Positions 59,145 to 64,000 of a DNA stretch of 64,000 nucleotides are shown here, in pieces (the first letter of the stretch is position 1; each line of letters begins with the position of its first letter). Both the position numbers and the translations under genes were made by a program. Origin of the DNA: the human T2T-CHM13v2.0 reference genome, Homo sapiens; assembly GCF_009914755.1 (NCBI RefSeq), contig NC_060925.1; one strand, given 5' to 3'. The notes under the pieces are model-generated. The model did not search any database. It saw only the letters and a program-made list of their open reading frames with translations, and was not told the DNA's origin.

Positions 59145-61159
59145 ATTCAACTCTTTGTTTTTATGGCAATATGTTGAGGGCTTTTAGATTATTAATTATA
59201 TAGGTGATATGTCTTGTTACAAACCTAAGGTTGGTTTATTTATTGTTCTGTTATTGTCATTATTGCCGTTGTTTATGGTGGAAGGCATATCTTCATTTCA
59301 CTGTCCCCCAACACCTTTTATCATTCTCCCATTTACATGTAGACAGTTTTTCATTACCCAGGACTTATAGCTTACTCTTTAAGAATGTTATGAAGAAGTC
59401 AATTTATTTTCTCATTGTATAACTTAATATTCCACGTAACTTAATATTCCACCATACCATGTTTGTAAGTGCGCAGAAATATCCTCCAGGGTTGACTGTG
59501 TCAAATTGTTCAATGATATGAACAACCTCCAAGCAGCTTGATTCTTATTGGCTATCTCAGACCATGCTAGTAATCCAGTGTCTTTTACCCTTTCTCTCTC
59601 TCTCTTTTTTTTTTTTTTTTTTTGCCACCTCTACATTCAAAGTGATAACTTCATTCCCAAACTATATTCTCTGAACTGTTTGTCAAATTTCTTGTGTCTC
59701 CCTATAACAATTAGGTCACATGTTTATACCAATAGCTGACTTTTAAGCAATACACATTTCAGATAATTCCTACCATTTAAGAAATGGTATAGGTAGCAAA
59801 TTTCTCTCAATTGTTCTGGAATAATCCCTTGTAAATGTACATTATACAAGATGGATCTCTCTGACATATAGAAGCAATCATGACTTCAGGAGATTCCCTG
59901 TTTTAGTTAATGATTTTCATGTTACTTATAAGTACTTTTATTTAGTGTTCTAGGTCATTTCCATTAAAATAAGGCTCTTTTTTTATAAGTCCTTGCTATA
60001 CAGATTTTTTACCTTTAAGTGGTGTTTATTTTCCCAAATTTTGTTTGAGGGTGATTAAAATATTTTTTCTTATGTATGTAAATTATATTCAAAGCACTTA
60101 GGACAATATCTAAAACATACTAAGAAATCAATATGATAGTCATAATGACTGTTACTTTTCTTTCTGTACATTGAGTAAGAATCAAGAATTAAAGTCAGTT
60201 TTGTAGAGAAGACATCAACAAGGTAGAAGAATAGGAGGTTTTTGCTTTTTTCTCCTCCCACTGATGCACCAAATAAACATCAACATAGGGATCAATTCCC
60301 TCTGGGAGAAATCCAGCTATGAATTGAGAGACTCTTACTCGCTAAACCACTGAGAATATAGCTGAGACAGAACAGACCACAATAACCCCAACATGGGGCA
60401 AAGTGCCTTGCAATCAGGAGAGAATCCAAAACTTCCAAGTTCTCCCTGAGATGTGAAAAATTTGACTTTTAAATCACCTATTTCTGGGAGCAGATTGAGT
60501 TCAGCATTCACGAGTCCCCTCAGACAACAGAGAACAAAAAAAATGGTTTTAAATGGGGATAAGAGTAGCTCCAACAGCTGCTTCCCCCAGTATGGCACAG
60601 AACAAACAGACTACTCTTTCAGAGAGAAACTGAAAGCTGAGTGTTTTTGTCTAATGTTCTAATTTTCCCAGATGCTGCTTATGGTTTAGGCCATGAATTG
60701 GCCCACTTATAGGAGCTGACAGAGGAGGCAATTGGTAGTTGGCAAGGATGCTGAACAGGTTTGTGTGTATTTCCTATCACTCTTCCCTCAGGTTTACACC
60801 AGAGATAGACCTTATCCTACAGCTAACCTGCCTGTCTCTAATAAAAGCAGTTAGGAGCTAGCATTTACTATGCCCTTGGGGGTGACAAAGAACAAAGTAA
60901 TGAGTTGAGTCTGCAGTCTGAATTGGAATGAAGACATTTTTCACAGATCCTCTCCCTGATTTAGAGCAAGTGGGAGGTAAACTCCAGATTCCACCTTTTC
61001 CCTGAGGATAGAAGTAATTGGAACACACATCTAACACCCAGCTTTTCCATCTACAACTTGAGGGAATGACTTCTATTTCTCCTGTCTCAGGCACAGATGG
61101 GTCTGAGCACAGCCTAGTTTCCTGGAGGCCACTAAGAACAAAGATAGTACATTTGGTAA

Positions 61160-61636
<477 letters not shown>

Positions 61637-62750
61637 TAATGAGATTAATCTCCAGAAATCAATTTTAATGAAATGGAGACAAATATTTACCTGAGAGAGA
61701 CTATAAAATAACAATCATGAAGATATTGATGAGAGTACAGCAAAGTGTGAACAAAGGATTTTAACTATGAGATAGAAAATATTTTTAAAGTGAAAACTAA
61801 AAATTATAAAGCTGAAGAACACAATAACTGAATTGAAAAATTCAATAGAGTGGTTCGATAAGAGACTAGATCAAGGAAAAGAAAGGATTAGTAAACTTGA
61901 AGACATTATTGAAATTAATCTAGTCAGAGGAACAAACAAACAAACAAACAAGGAAAAGCAGTGAGGATAGCTTAAGGGACATATGGGATGCCATCAAGCT
62001 GTCTAATTTATGCATTTTATGGGAGTTCAAGAAAAGAAAGAGAAAGAGAAAGGGACAGAAAGTGTATTAAAAGAAATAATGGCTGGAAAATTTTCAAACA
62101 CGGGGAAGTACATAGAAATACCTATACAGTAAGCCTAAAGGATACCACATATTTGGTGTTCTTTAATTTCTCATATTAGAAATCCAAAAAGATCCACACC
62201 AAGGCACATTATTATAATAGTGTTAACATGTCCATACTACCCAATGTGATATACAGATTTAATACAATTTCTATCAAAATCCCAATGGTATTTTTCACAG
62301 AAATAGAAAAAACCTAAAATGTATATGTAACAACAAAATGTCTTTAATTGCCAATAAATCATAAGAAAGAAAGACAAAGTTGGAGACATCACACTTCCTG
62401 AGTTTAATCTATATTACAATGCTCTCACAATCACAAAAGTGTAGTACAGGCACAAAACCAGACACAAAGACCAATGGAACACAACAGAGATATCAGAGAA
62501 AATAAACCCAAGCATACGAAGTCAATTAAGTTTTAACAGGGGAACCAAGAATACATAATTGGGAAAAAATGTTTTTTTTCCAATAAAGGGAATTGATAAA
62601 ATGAATATCTATATGCAAAAGAATGAAATTGGGCCCTTATCTTACAGTATTGTAAAACAACCAAATAGATTAAAGATCTAAACACAAGATGCAAAATTAT
62701 AAATCTCTTAGAAGGAAAACTTTTTGGAATTGACCTCGACAATGATTTTT

Positions 62751-62770
62751 ATATATATATATATATATAT
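62751..62770. repeat. (AT)10
   Basis: Seen directly. Confidence 0.9.
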
Positions 62771-63458
62771 CTCACACTAAAGCCTCAAGCAACAACAACA
62801 ACAAATAAGCAATTGGGACTGTATCATACTGAATTGCTTCTGTACAGCAAAAGCAACAATCAACAAAACATAAAGGCAAGCTACATGTTAAGAAAAAATA
62901 TTTGCAAAGCATATATCTGATAAGGGATTAATATTCAAAATATGTAAGGAAGTCACAAATCTCAATACTAAGCAAATAAATAAATAGACAACCCAATTAA
63001 AAATGAGGAAAGGTTCTAAACAGACCTTATTTCAAAGAAGATGTAAAACTGGCCAACAAGTAAGTGAAAAGGTGCTCAACATCACTAATCATCACAGGAA
63101 TGTAAATCAAAATCACAATGAAATATTATCTCACACTGCTATAAGGGCCACTATCAAAAAGATGAAAGGTAATAAGTGTTGGTGAGAGTGTGAAGAAAAT
63201 GGAACCCTTCTATGATGTTGATGGGAATGTAAAATGTTAGAATCATTAGGGAAAATAGTATTGTTTCCTCAAAAATTAAAAATAGAACTACTGTATGATC
63301 CAACCATCCATCCTCTGGGTAAGTACCTAAAGGAAATGAAATCACCACTGGTAAAGATACTGCATTCTCATATTCATTGCAGCATTATTCACAACAGCCA
63401 AGAAATAAAAACAACCTAAGTATCTATAGATGAATGACTGGAATAAGAAATTGTGTTG

Positions 63459-63460
<2 letters not shown>

Positions 63461-63494
<34 letters not shown>
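63461..63494. repeat. (AT)17
   Basis: Seen directly. Confidence 0.93.
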
Positions 63495-63496
<2 letters not shown>

Positions 63497-64000
63497 AATA
63501 TACAAAATATATGTATATATAATATATAAAAAAATATGTGTATATATGTTACATGCAATGGAATATTTTTCAGCCTTCAAATAAAAGGAACTCCTGCCAC
63601 GTGTGACAAGCTGAATAAACCTAGAAGACATTATACTAAGTGAAATAAGCCAGACACAGAAAATAGAATAGCTGTGATTTCACTTATAACATGCAATCTA
63701 AAAAAGCTGGAAACATAGAAACTGAGATTAGAATGGTGTTTACCAGGGGCAGGGGGTGAGGACACTGAGGGTGGAGGTGAAAATGAGGAAATGTAGGTAA
63801 TAGTTTACAAAGTTGCAATTATGTAGAATAAATAAATGTAGAGGTGGAAAGCACTGCATGATGATTTTCGTTAATAATATTATATGTTTTATTGGAAATC
63901 TACTGAGAATAGGTTTCAAGTGCTCCCATCACACAGACAAAAAAGGCAATTAATTATGTGAGGAGATGGATGGGATTATTTATTTGACTCTAGCAGTCAT

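Overview
Human-type genomic DNA: AT-rich, repeat-dense, and apparently intergenic or deep intronic. An AluYa5 with all five diagnostic bases points to Homo sapiens. I see no credible protein-coding exon, RNA gene or CpG island. The ORFs in the track lie mainly in Alu, L1, MaLR/ERV or simple-repeat sequence, and the rest are short and compositionally biased. The window is a stack of nested retroelements. It holds ancient L1M/L2/MIR/MLT1 remnants, a near-full-length old primate L1 (L1PA15-17-like, 19.4-25.9 kb) and an L1MA8-like element at the right end. An L1MA2-like element with TSDs (31.6-40.8 kb) carries a solo LTR15 and a two-LTR LTR27-type mini-provirus with a tRNA-Pro PBS. There are also two complete THE1B-type MaLR proviruses and 11 Alu/Alu-monomer copies. 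I found no new biological system. The most unusual observations are (i) a young AluYa5 inside one copy of a 196-bp tandem duplication whose other copy preserves the empty site, and (ii) two independent short insertions copied from sequence about 1.4-1.5 kb away, with inverted micro-templated pieces at the junctions, resembling fossil template-switch repair scars. Subfamily names come from recalled consensus sequences. Identities are by-eye estimates, and boundaries of ancient elements are approximate.
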